Both the position numbers and the translations under genes were made by a program. The notes beneath the pieces were generated by a model. That model did not search any database, was not told the DNA's origin, and saw only the letters and a list, made by a program, of their open reading frames with translations. Of a stretch of 64,000 bases of DNA, positions 1-8,152 are shown piece after piece (positions within the stretch are counted from its first letter, which is position 1; every line of letters begins with the position of its first letter). Origin of the DNA: Candidatus Arcticimaribacter sp. (lineage in GTDB: Bacteria > Bacteroidota > Bacteroidia > Flavobacteriales > Flavobacteriaceae); contig CBFHHG010000001.1 of NCBI GenBank assembly GCA_965655585.1, positions 68,630 through 132,629 of the forward strand, given 5' to 3'.

Positions 1-612
1 TTTCTTGTCTTTGGCAACGGTTCGCACGATTACACCAAACCCTTTTGGTCGGATGCTTTGCACGAGACGTTTGAGACGATTTTTCTCTTCTCGGTCTTCA
101 ATTTTTTGTGAGATGGATATTCTATCAGAAAATGGGACGAGTACCATATAACGACCGGCTAATGAAAGCTCGGAACTAATTCGTGGTCCTTTAGTCGAAA
201 TGGGCTCTTTGACTACTTGAACTAGAATCTGTTGATTCGAGCTGATTGCGTCAGCGACCATTCCATTTTTTTGAATATCTTCTTCAAAACGAAAGTTTTT
301 TAATAAATAATCTTTTGTTTTACCTGTACTTACCTGTTTAATGAATTTCAATAAAGTTGGAAGTTTGGGACCTAAGTCGTGGTAGTGTAAAAAGCCATCT
401 TTTTCGTGGCCTACATTTACAAACGCAGCGTTGAGTCCCCCGACAGATTTTCGAACTTTGGCGAAAAATATATCACCAACCGAAAATTTGTTGTCGTCTA
501 TCTCTTTATTGAGCTCAATTAGTTTTCCATCCTTGAGTAATGCGAAATCAACTGCAGAGGAATTCGATCGTATAATCAATTCTTTATTCACTCTGAGTAG
601 TGTTGTGTTCAT
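1..612 (-). CDS. rng: Rne/Rng-family ribonuclease (RNase G/E), N-terminal part; the gene runs off the left edge
   Basis: Absent from the ORF track because there is no stop in the window. Reverse translation from the ATG at 610-612 gives MNTTLLRVNKELIIRS...GDIFFAKVRKSVGGLNAAFVNVGHEKDGFLH (S1-domain signature of RNase E/G)...LAGRYMVLVP. The frame stays open to position 1. Confidence 0.8.
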   Translation of the reverse strand, partial: MNTTLLRVNKELIIRSNSSAVDFALLKDGKLIELNKEIDDNKFSVGDIFFAKVRKSVGGLNAAFVNVGHEKDGFLHYHDLGPKLPTLLKFIKQVSTGKTKDYLLKNFRFEEDIQKNGMVADAISSNQQILVQVVKEPISTKGPRISSELSLAGRYMVLVPFSDRISISQKIEDREEKNRLKRLVQSIRPKGFGVIVRTVAKDKK

Positions 613-729
613 GCACAATTATATGCACAAACAGATTAAACAATAATTTGTCAGGATTTATCCTGTGAAACGCAACCTAAAGATGCGTTTCATTTCAAAG
701 AACAATGAATCTTTTGAGTGTATTCTACA

Positions 730-819
730 CTATTTTTTCTTGTGACGGTTAGCTCTGCGTCTTTTCTTACGCTTGTGAGTAGCTACCTTGTGTCTTTTAC
801 GTTTTTTTCCGCTTGGCAT
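730..819 (-). CDS. 30S ribosomal protein THX (bTHX), 29 aa
   Basis: Below the ORF-track cut-off. The reverse strand reads ATG CCA AGC GGA AAA..., giving MPSGKKRKRHKVATHKRKKRRRANRHKKK*. This is the extremely basic THX-type peptide typical of Bacteroidota, and it lies between HU and rng. Confidence 0.75.
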   Translation of the reverse strand: MPSGKKRKRHKVATHKRKKRRRANRHKKK

Positions 820-845
820 AGCTTGTTATGGTTATTAATTAATAA

Positions 846-1136
846 TTATTTTACAGGAACTTTAGTTTTAACTCCTTCTACAAATATTTTAGCCGGCTTA
901 AAAGCTGGAATGTTGTGAGCAGGAATTTTTACAGCTGTATTTTTTGAAATGTTTCTTCCTGTTTTTTCTGCTCTAGTTTTCACTACAAAGCTTCCAAAAC
1001 CTCTTAAGTAAACATTTTCATTTCCTTCTAGAGAAGTCTTCACCTCTTCCATAAATTTTTCTACAGTTGCCTGTACATCACCTTTGTCAATTCCTAGTTG
1101 TTCCGAAATGTTTGAAACGATCTCTGCTTTCGTCAT
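846..1136 (-). CDS. hup: HU family DNA-binding protein (96 aa)
   Basis: MTKAEIVSNISEQLGIDKGDVQATVEKFMEEV...LRGFGSFVVKTRAEKTGRNISKNTAVKIPAHNIPAFKPAK is the HU/IHF fold signature. I prefer the ATG at 1134-1136 over the TTG at 1181, because that TTG lies inside the predicted -7 box. Confidence 0.9.
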   Translation of the reverse strand: MTKAEIVSNISEQLGIDKGDVQATVEKFMEEVKTSLEGNENVYLRGFGSFVVKTRAEKTGRNISKNTAVKIPAHNIPAFKPAKIFVEGVKTKVPVK

Positions 1137-1178
1137 GATTTTATTTAAATTATAGTTTGTTTTCTCTTCTGAGGTGTG

Positions 1179-1186
1179 CAAATATA
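1179..1186 (-). promoter_or_regulatory. Bacteroidota -7 promoter box (TATATTTG) for hup
   Basis: The minus strand reads TATATTTG, matching TAnnTTTG, about 43 nt upstream of the hup ATG. Confidence 0.4.
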
Positions 1187-1256
1187 TAAATTTATAATTA
1201 GAAATATATTAGCCTAATCCATTAATATTAACCTTTTTAAATCGGGTGCGAAGCAT

Positions 1257-1264
1257 TACTTTTG
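1257..1264 (+). promoter_or_regulatory. -7 promoter box (TACTTTTG) for mutY, only 6 nt before the ATG
   Basis: TACTTTTG matches TAnnTTTG. The ATG is at 1271. Confidence 0.4.
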
Positions 1265-1270
1265 TAAACA

Positions 1271-2320
1271 ATGACTTGGACAATTCAATTAATGGCCTGG
1301 TATAAGATACACAAGCGATCTTTTCCATGGCGCAAAAGCCGCGATCCTTACAAGATTTGGCTTTCAGAAATCATTTTGCAGCAAACTCGAATCGCTCAAG
1401 GGACACCTTATTATCAATCCTTTATAGAAAACTTTCCTACAGTTGATGCGCTTGCTGCTGCAGACGAGCAGCAGGTTTTAAAATTATGGCAAGGGCTAGG
1501 GTATTATTCTCGCGCCAGAAATTTACATCATACGGCTCAAGCTATTGTTTCGGATTACGGTTCTGTTTTCCCTCACACTTTTTCAGAATTACTTACCCTT
1601 AAAGGAGTAGGGAACTACACAGCCAGTGCAATTTCCTCTATTTGTTTTGATGAGCCACAAGCAGTAGTCGATGGAAATGTGTATCGGGTTTTAGCGCGCT
1701 ACTTTGGAAAAGACACCCCCATTGATGCTTCCTATGCTTTAAAGGAATTCAAAGCCTTGGCTACGGAATTAATGGGAACGGAGAGTCCAGGCGACTTTAA
1801 TCAAGCCCTTATGGAGTTTGGAGCACTACAATGTACCCCAAAAAATCCATTGTGTGATCGCTGTCCTTTTCACAAGGATTGTGTGGCTTTCAACCAAAAC
1901 AAAATAGATCAGTTACCTTTTAAAAAAAATAAAATTAAGGTGACCAATCGATACTTTAATTATTTGGTCTTTGTTACCCCATCAGGAAAAACCCTTTTAA
2001 ATCAGCGAACGGCTAAAGGTATTTGGCAACACTTGTACGAATTTCCTTTGTTAGAAAGTAAGCAATTATTGAACTTTGAAGAATTAATAGATGACCCAAC
2101 TTTGTCGAAGTATACCGATATGAAAGAAGCGACACTTTCTAAAATTAATGAAAATCCAATTAAGCATAAATTATCCCATCAACAGTTGTATATTACATTT
2201 TGGAAAATAAACACAGAACAGCTTTTGGGTGTTGCAATTGACGAAAATAAATTACCTAACTACCCTGTTCCCATTGTTTTACAAAAATTTATTGAGAATT
2301 TTTATATATCGAAAACATGA
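1271..2320 (+). CDS. mutY: A/G-specific adenine glycosylase MutY
   Basis: It has the HhH-GPD motif LKGVGNYTASAI and the 4Fe-4S cluster loop CTPKNPLCDRCPFHKDC. A C-terminal NUDIX-like domain is also present. Confidence 0.9.
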   Translation: MTWTIQLMAWYKIHKRSFPWRKSRDPYKIWLSEIILQQTRIAQGTPYYQSFIENFPTVDALAAADEQQVLKLWQGLGYYSRARNLHHTAQAIVSDYGSVFPHTFSELLTLKGVGNYTASAISSICFDEPQAVVDGNVYRVLARYFGKDTPIDASYALKEFKALATELMGTESPGDFNQALMEFGALQCTPKNPLCDRCPFHKDCVAFNQNKIDQLPFKKNKIKVTNRYFNYLVFVTPSGKTLLNQRTAKGIWQHLYEFPLLESKQLLNFEELIDDPTLSKYTDMKEATLSKINENPIKHKLSHQQLYITFWKINTEQLLGVAIDENKLPNYPVPIVLQKFIENFYISKT

Positions 2321-2326
2321 CTTTAT

Positions 2327-2334
2327 TACCTTTG
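2327..2334 (+). promoter_or_regulatory. -7 promoter box (TACCTTTG) for ssb-gldE-gldD
   Basis: It matches TAnnTTTG and sits 30 nt upstream of the ssb ATG. Confidence 0.4.
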
Positions 2335-2363
2335 AATATGTTTAACCTTTTAAATCTATCATT

Positions 2364-2777
2364 ATGAGCGGAAGCCTTAACAAAGTTATGTTGATTGGTC
2401 ATCTTGGAGATGACGTAAAAATGCACTATTTCGAAGGAGGAGGAGCAATCGGAAGATTTCCTCTAGCAACCAACGAAACCTACACCAAAAAAGCTACTGG
2501 TGAGAAAGTCACGAATACGGACTGGCACAACATTGTTGTGAGAAACAAAGCGGCAGAAGTTTGCGAAAAATATTTGAGCAAAGGAGATCGTATTTATGTT
2601 GAAGGTAAAATTAAGAACCGTAAGTGGCAAGCCGAAGACGGATCTGATCGGTACAGCACCGAAATTAATGTGGACGAATTCACCTTTCTGACAACCAAGA
2701 AAAGTGCTGAAGCAGCAACACCTTCCGAACAACCGCCAACACAACCGCCTTCGAAAGAAGACGATTTACCATTTTAA
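2364..2777 (+). CDS. ssb: single-stranded DNA-binding protein
   Basis: The N-terminus MSGSLNKVMLIGHLGDDVKM opens an OB fold. A Pro/Gln-rich linker follows, and the protein ends in the acidic tip EDDLPF. Confidence 0.95.
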   Translation: MSGSLNKVMLIGHLGDDVKMHYFEGGGAIGRFPLATNETYTKKATGEKVTNTDWHNIVVRNKAAEVCEKYLSKGDRIYVEGKIKNRKWQAEDGSDRYSTEINVDEFTFLTTKKSAEAATPSEQPPTQPPSKEDDLPF

Positions 2778-2793
2778 TCTAAACTGTAATTAA

Positions 2794-4101
2794 TTGGACC
2801 CAGAACCCTTAAGCATTTATTTTTTATCCTTTGCATTTGAGCCTATTATAGGTTTAAAAATAATACTGTTGGCTTTTTTACTTCTGGGATCGGCTTTGAT
2901 TTCTGGTGCTGAAGTTGCTTTTTTCTCTTTGACTCCTTCGCTTATTGAAGAACAAAAAGATAAGCATCCAAAGAAAATTCAGAAGATTGAAAGTTTATTA
3001 CAAAAACCCAAAAGATTATTAGCCACAATTCTTGTGGCTAATAATTTTATCAATATTGCAGTTGTACTCTTATTTGCCTCTTTAGGAGAGATCCTTTTTG
3101 GTAGCATTTCGAACGAACTCATTCGACTCTCAATTGAAATTGGAGTGATAACCTTTGTTATTTTACTCTTCGGTGAAATATTACCTAAGATTTATGCGAA
3201 TAAAAACAGCATGCTTTTTTCAAGATTTATGGTTGGTGCTGTTTATGCTCTGGATCGTAAAATCTTATTTTTCATTACCATTCCGATGAGCAAAGTAACC
3301 TTGTTTTTGGAGCGTAATTTTGGACAACAGTCGAGCTCCTTCTCAGTAGACACACTTTCTCAGGCACTAGAGTTTACAGAGCAAAAAGACACGACAAAGC
3401 AAGAAGATCAAATTTTACAGGGGATTATTAATTTTGGTACAACCGACACCAAACAGGTGATGTGCCCTAGAATTGATGTTTTTGCACTTGAAAAAGAAAT
3501 GCCCTTTGAAGAAATTCTTCCTTTGATTATTGAAAAAGGCTTTTCCAGAATACCCGTTTACAACGACAAAATGGATCAGATTGATGGAATTTTATACGTC
3601 AAAGATTTAATGCCCAACATCAATACACCGGGGTTCAGATGGCAAGAACTTTTGCGCGAACCTTATTATGTTCCCGAGAATAAGAAGTTGGATGATTTGC
3701 TCAATGAATTTAAAGTAAAGAAAATGCATATGGCTGTTGTGGTCGATGAATATGGTGGAACTTCTGGAATTGTAACTCTAGAAGACCTTATAGAAGAAAT
3801 AGTAGGTGATATTACGGATGAATTTGATGAAGAAGAATTAGAGTATTCCAAAATAGACGAGAAGAACTTTGTTGTCGATGCAAAAGTTGGATTAAAAGAT
3901 TTTTATAAAATCATTCAAATTGAAGAGGTTGAAGCTTTTGAAAAAGTAAAAGGGGAAGCAGAAACACTGGCGGGTTTTATTCTTGAAATAGCACAACAAT
4001 TACCTGTATATGGGCAGAGAATTATTTTCGAAAAAATCATATTTACTATTGAACTCGTCGATAAAAAAAGGATTAAACAGATTAAAGTAACCCTTCCTTA
4101 A
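2794..4101 (+). CDS. gldE: gliding motility-associated protein GldE (DUF21-CBS pair-CorC/HlyC family)
   Basis: The architecture is an N-terminal 4-TM DUF21 region, then CBS domains, then a CorC_HlyC C-terminus. It has a TTG start 16 nt after the ssb stop. The ssb-gldE-gldD order matches the known Flavobacterium arrangement. Confidence 0.8.
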   Translation: MDPEPLSIYFLSFAFEPIIGLKIILLAFLLLGSALISGAEVAFFSLTPSLIEEQKDKHPKKIQKIESLLQKPKRLLATILVANNFINIAVVLLFASLGEILFGSISNELIRLSIEIGVITFVILLFGEILPKIYANKNSMLFSRFMVGAVYALDRKILFFITIPMSKVTLFLERNFGQQSSSFSVDTLSQALEFTEQKDTTKQEDQILQGIINFGTTDTKQVMCPRIDVFALEKEMPFEEILPLIIEKGFSRIPVYNDKMDQIDGILYVKDLMPNINTPGFRWQELLREPYYVPENKKLDDLLNEFKVKKMHMAVVVDEYGGTSGIVTLEDLIEEIVGDITDEFDEEELEYSKIDEKNFVVDAKVGLKDFYKIIQIEEVEAFEKVKGEAETLAGFILEIAQQLPVYGQRIIFEKIIFTIELVDKKRIKQIKVTLP

Positions 4102-4126
4102 GTCGATTTTGAACTATCTTTACCTT

Positions 4127-4693
4127 ATGAAACAGCTTGTGTTTTTTGTATTTATACTGCTTTGCTTAATTGGCTGTAACGAAAATACACTTCCCAAACC
4201 GAAGGCATATTTGAGTCTAAATTATGCTGAACCTGTTTATAAAACAGTTACTCACGATTGCCCCTATGTTTTTGATATCAACGAATATGCTGAAATAATT
4301 CCTCAAGCTCAATGTTGGAACAAAATCATATATCCCGAGATGAAAGCAACGGTTTATCTTTCTTATGTGCCGATAAAGAACAACCTTGATTCTCTTTTAT
4401 ATGATGCCTATCAAATGCCAAGTAAACATGTTGGAAAGGCAGAAGAAATCCCGGAACGGGTTTTTTATAATCGCGAAGATCGAGTGTATGGAACTCTTTT
4501 TAGAGTAGTGGGCGAAGCGGCCTCACAAGTGCAGTTTTTTTTAACAGATAGTACAGATCATTTTTTAGTAGGATCACTTTATTTTTATACACGACCCAAC
4601 TACGATTCCCTCATGCCGGCAGCTCAGTATGTAGAAAATGACCTGATGCACTTAATGGAGTCTTTTGAATGGAAAGGAATTTCCGAAGAATAA
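4127..4693 (+). CDS. gldD: gliding motility lipoprotein GldD
   Basis: The lipoprotein signal is MKQLVFFVFILLCLIGC. The protein is about 188 aa and lies immediately downstream of gldE. I prefer the ATG at 4127 over the TTG at 4109. Confidence 0.7.
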   Translation: MKQLVFFVFILLCLIGCNENTLPKPKAYLSLNYAEPVYKTVTHDCPYVFDINEYAEIIPQAQCWNKIIYPEMKATVYLSYVPIKNNLDSLLYDAYQMPSKHVGKAEEIPERVFYNREDRVYGTLFRVVGEAASQVQFFLTDSTDHFLVGSLYFYTRPNYDSLMPAAQYVENDLMHLMESFEWKGISEE

Positions 4694-4696
4694 GAT

Positions 4697-5077
4697 TTAG
4701 TCTGTTTTTAGAACATTAAAAACATCTACACGCTCGTTTTTTGTTACTTTATACACAGGACCAACACTTTGAACAACCGAGCTTAGCTCTTGATCTTGAA
4801 TCCAATTGGGATCAAAAACAATTTGTGCAAGTTTGCTTTCAAAACTTACGGTTGCGGATTGGACCCCGGGTGTAGCATTCAATTTCTTTTCAATACTAGC
4901 AGCACATCCAATAGCACAGGTCATTCCGGTTATTTGGAGCTCACTTTTAACCAAAGCCTCCGTGTTGAGCACAATTTCTTGAGGCACAGTAACTTCAATC
5001 GTTTTTACTTCTGGCCCTTTTTGTTTGCATGAAACAAAGGAAAGGATACAACACAGTAAGATGGAAATTCTTTTCAT
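4697..5077 (-). CDS. heavy-metal-associated (HMA) domain lipoprotein
   Basis: The lipoprotein signal is LLCCILSFVSC. The HMA ferredoxin-like domain carries GMTCAIGCAASIEKKL. Confidence 0.75.
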   Translation of the reverse strand: MKRISILLCCILSFVSCKQKGPEVKTIEVTVPQEIVLNTEALVKSELQITGMTCAIGCAASIEKKLNATPGVQSATVSFESKLAQIVFDPNWIQDQELSSVVQSVGPVYKVTKNERVDVFNVLKTD

Positions 5078-5126
5078 GGTATTTTTTTCAAAATTACTAA
5101 TTTATTAGGAATGCCTTTCCCTAAAA

Positions 5127-6041
5127 ATGATCACTTTTGCAAAAACTTTATGCATGTCAGTAACGTTTAAAAAGTGGGCGTATCTTTTAACGCTTTCAAT
5201 TATCTGGGGGAGTTCTTACATTTTAATTAAAAAAGGACTTGTTGGTTTAACACCGCTTCAAGTTGGATCTTTTCGTATTCTATTTACCACAGTAATTCTT
5301 TTAGCGTTTGGGTATAAAACGCTCAAGGGCTTGAGTCGTGAGCAGTGGAAATGGATTGCGCATACGGGATTTTATGGAACTTTTTTCCCAACCTTTTTAT
5401 TTTCATTCGCTGAAACCGAAGTAGACAGTTCTGTTGCGTCCGTATTAAATGGTCTTACTCCTTTATTCACACTACTATTAGCCTTTTTCTTTTACAAGGT
5501 AAAAATTGTTAAAAAGCAAGTTTTTGGAGTTTTGGTTGGCTTTCTGGGAACGATATTACTGGTAGCCCAAGAGTTTTCACTCACGACTTCGGGTGATTCA
5601 AAATACTCCTTATTGGTGGTTTGTGCTTCGGTATTTTATGGTATCAATGTCAACATTTTAAAAGACAAACTTTCTGGAGTTTCTCCAATGGGTATCGCCT
5701 TAGGGAATTTTTTAATGATTGCTCCAGCAGCACTTCTAATTTTACTTTTCTCTGACTTTAATTGGACTGGATTTTATCAAGAAGCAGCAGTAGTGAAGTC
5801 CATGGGGTATATTTTAGTTTTAGCCTTATTTGGAACTGCGGTTGCAAAAGTTATGTTCAATAAATTATTGGCACTCTCTTCAGTTGTTTTTGCCGTTTCC
5901 ATTACCTATCTACTTCCAATTGTTGCTATCGGTTGGGGACTGTTTGATGGCGAAAACTTTGGCGGCATTCAATGGGTAGCAGCTTTCCTAATTATCTGTG
6001 GTGTTTACTTGGTGACTGAAACAAAAAAAGCGCCCAAATAG
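5127..6041 (+). CDS. EamA/DMT family transporter
   Basis: It shows about 10 predicted TM helices arranged as two EamA-like repeats. The start may instead be the internal ATG at 5154. Confidence 0.85.
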   Translation: MITFAKTLCMSVTFKKWAYLLTLSIIWGSSYILIKKGLVGLTPLQVGSFRILFTTVILLAFGYKTLKGLSREQWKWIAHTGFYGTFFPTFLFSFAETEVDSSVASVLNGLTPLFTLLLAFFFYKVKIVKKQVFGVLVGFLGTILLVAQEFSLTTSGDSKYSLLVVCASVFYGINVNILKDKLSGVSPMGIALGNFLMIAPAALLILLFSDFNWTGFYQEAAVVKSMGYILVLALFGTAVAKVMFNKLLALSSVVFAVSITYLLPIVAIGWGLFDGENFGGIQWVAAFLIICGVYLVTETKKAPK

Positions 6042-6051
6042 GCGCTTTTTT
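6023..6051. terminator. bidirectional intrinsic terminator between the EamA gene and the M16 peptidase gene
   Basis: The stem AGCGCC/GGCGCT (6029-6034/6041-6046) has a 6-nt loop. It is flanked by an A-run and a T-run and overlaps the EamA stop codon. Confidence 0.6.
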
Positions 6052-6070
6052 AATCATTAAATAACTGTTG

Positions 6071-8137
6071 TTAATTAAAATCTGCAGCATCGATAGAACC
6101 GTTCAATTCAATAGATTGCGTGATGAAATCGATAGCTTGAGGCCCTAAAGGTTGAGTCGTTTTATGGGGGAAAAGAATTCCATCCACTGCCTTATAGTCT
6201 CCTAACAGTGTTTCTTGAGTCACAGCATTTCCTTGAATTTCTTGTGTTTCAGAAATCTTAATTTTTAAGAATGTTTCTTGATCATAGAAAAACGATTTGG
6301 TTGCAGAAACAGCCAATTCATAGGCAGCAACGCCATTTACATCAGCAATGCTAGCTTTGATGTTGGATGGGTCTAAACCAATCTCAGCAAAGATATAACT
6401 GTCTTTAAGTGCGTCTTCTAATTCCGCTCCACTTAAGTCGATGTGTTGACCTTGGGCTTCTGTATATCCTTTATCTTTATTTACAACCTGTTTTTGCACT
6501 ACATTTCCCATCATACTTACGGTTAAAAGCGATTGTTGTTGGTTCGTTTTTTTGGTTACAACCTCCAATTGCATTCCTTGCATTGTTGCTTGTAAAACCT
6601 CACTTTTTGAAGTGACGCTTTTTAATTTGTCAAGCCCGCCAATTGCATTAAAGTAGTTTTCTAGAATACTGGTAGAAGTTACTCCTTCGGGAAGCTGACT
6701 GGAATAGTCTGGGCGTTCAGTAGGAGTACCATATTGGTCATAGTACGATACTTTTAGTGGTTTCCCAAAAGGAGCTACTTGTTCTAAGTTCTCTAAAACT
6801 TCACTTCCTTTTCCAGTAACAAAAATACGAGCATTATTAAGTTTTATGTGCTTTTTGGTAGCAGCTAATATATCGGCAACGGTTACGGCATTAATCTTTT
6901 GTAGATAGGTTTTATAAAAATCTTCAGGAAGGTTTTCTGTACGAATGCTCAAGGCATAGCGCGCAATGGTTTGTGGTTTTTCTAGTGCCAAAACAAAGTC
7001 ACCAACATACTTGGCCTTTGCATTATCCAATTCTTTTTGAGTTACCTCTTCGGTTCTAATTTTCTCAAGCTCTTTAACCAGCTCTACTACAGCACTGTCT
7101 GTAACCGCATTTCGGACACTAGCAAATGCGCGAAGGCGTGCACGCGTATATTTATTCGTTCGAAGTCTAGAATAAGACCCGTAGGTAAAGCCTTTGTCCT
7201 CTCTAAGATTTAGAAATAAACGAGCTTCACCACCACCACCTAGAATGCTGTTTCCTAGAAGCATCGGAAAATAGTCTGGATGTGTTTTTTTAATGGAATT
7301 TGTAAACGCTACGGAAACTTCGGATTGAACAGCATTATTCATCTCCGTAAAATGAATGTCTAATTCAGAACTGTTTTTTGCGGGTTCAAATGCATAGGCA
7401 CTAGGAGCATCCCCTTTCCATCCTTTGAAGAGTTTAGTAACTTGTTTTTTTACAGTTTTAAAATCTACATCCCCAATAATAACTAGATAAGCATTTTTAG
7501 GATTGTAGTTAGAAGCGTAGTATTTTTTTACATCCTCTAAACTGAGTTTAGAAACGGTCTCAACTTTAGTGTATTCTCCATACGGATGACTAGCACCGTA
7601 GGTAATTAAATTTTCTACTCTACGAGCGGCGGCAGAAACACTTTTTTCGCTGGATTTTATACCTTCGATAAGTTTTTCTTTTTCTTTTTCAAATTCTTCA
7701 TTTAAAAAATTAGGGTTGAGTGCGGCATCAGCCATGAGTTCCAAAACTCTAGGAAAGTAACGAGAAAGAGAAGCTGCAAAAGCACCGGACGAGCTAAAAC
7801 TAAGAGAGGCACCCATGAAATCAACTTCTTCTTCAAAATCGTTTTTTGCGATGTTGGTAGAACCTTTACCAAGCATACTTCCTAACAAATCGTTTGCACC
7901 GGCTAAGTCTCCTTCGAAGATGGGCGGGTTATCGATGTTCATTGTAACAGAAACACGGGGCAGTTTATGGTTTTCAACGACCAAAACGGTCATTCCGTTT
8001 TTTAAAGTAAAACTTTGAGGCTCGTCCAACTGAATTTCTGGAGCGGGTCCAGGGCTTGGTTGAACACTTCGGTCGATCTGAGCTGCAAGACCAGAAAGAC
8101 TAAAAAGGGCGATATATAGAATGTATAATTTTTTCAT
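6071..8137 (-). CDS. M16 family peptidase-like protein, non-catalytic partner with a C-terminal extension
   Basis: It has a signal peptide and M16 N- and C-domain similarity but no HxxEH motif. An extra 250 aa or so form the C-terminal region. Confidence 0.8.
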   Translation of the reverse strand: MKKLYILYIALFSLSGLAAQIDRSVQPSPGPAPEIQLDEPQSFTLKNGMTVLVVENHKLPRVSVTMNIDNPPIFEGDLAGANDLLGSMLGKGSTNIAKNDFEEEVDFMGASLSFSSSGAFAASLSRYFPRVLELMADAALNPNFLNEEFEKEKEKLIEGIKSSEKSVSAAARRVENLITYGASHPYGEYTKVETVSKLSLEDVKKYYASNYNPKNAYLVIIGDVDFKTVKKQVTKLFKGWKGDAPSAYAFEPAKNSSELDIHFTEMNNAVQSEVSVAFTNSIKKTHPDYFPMLLGNSILGGGGEARLFLNLREDKGFTYGSYSRLRTNKYTRARLRAFASVRNAVTDSAVVELVKELEKIRTEEVTQKELDNAKAKYVGDFVLALEKPQTIARYALSIRTENLPEDFYKTYLQKINAVTVADILAATKKHIKLNNARIFVTGKGSEVLENLEQVAPFGKPLKVSYYDQYGTPTERPDYSSQLPEGVTSTSILENYFNAIGGLDKLKSVTSKSEVLQATMQGMQLEVVTKKTNQQQSLLTVSMMGNVVQKQVVNKDKGYTEAQGQHIDLSGAELEDALKDSYIFAEIGLDPSNIKASIADVNGVAAYELAVSATKSFFYDQETFLKIKISETQEIQGNAVTQETLLGDYKAVDGILFPHKTTQPLGPQAIDFITQSIELNGSIDAADFN

Positions 8138-8152
8138 TTCTTGTGGAATTTA

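Noticed and set aside
431-646. 71-aa plus-strand ORF
   Set aside because: It lies antisense inside the RNase G/E coding region, whose S1-domain translation is unambiguous.
718-918. 66-aa plus-strand ORF from the ORF track
   Set aside because: The translation is low-complexity and hydrophobic. It lies antisense to the convincing bTHX gene (730-819) and to the 3' end of hup, so it is a shadow ORF.
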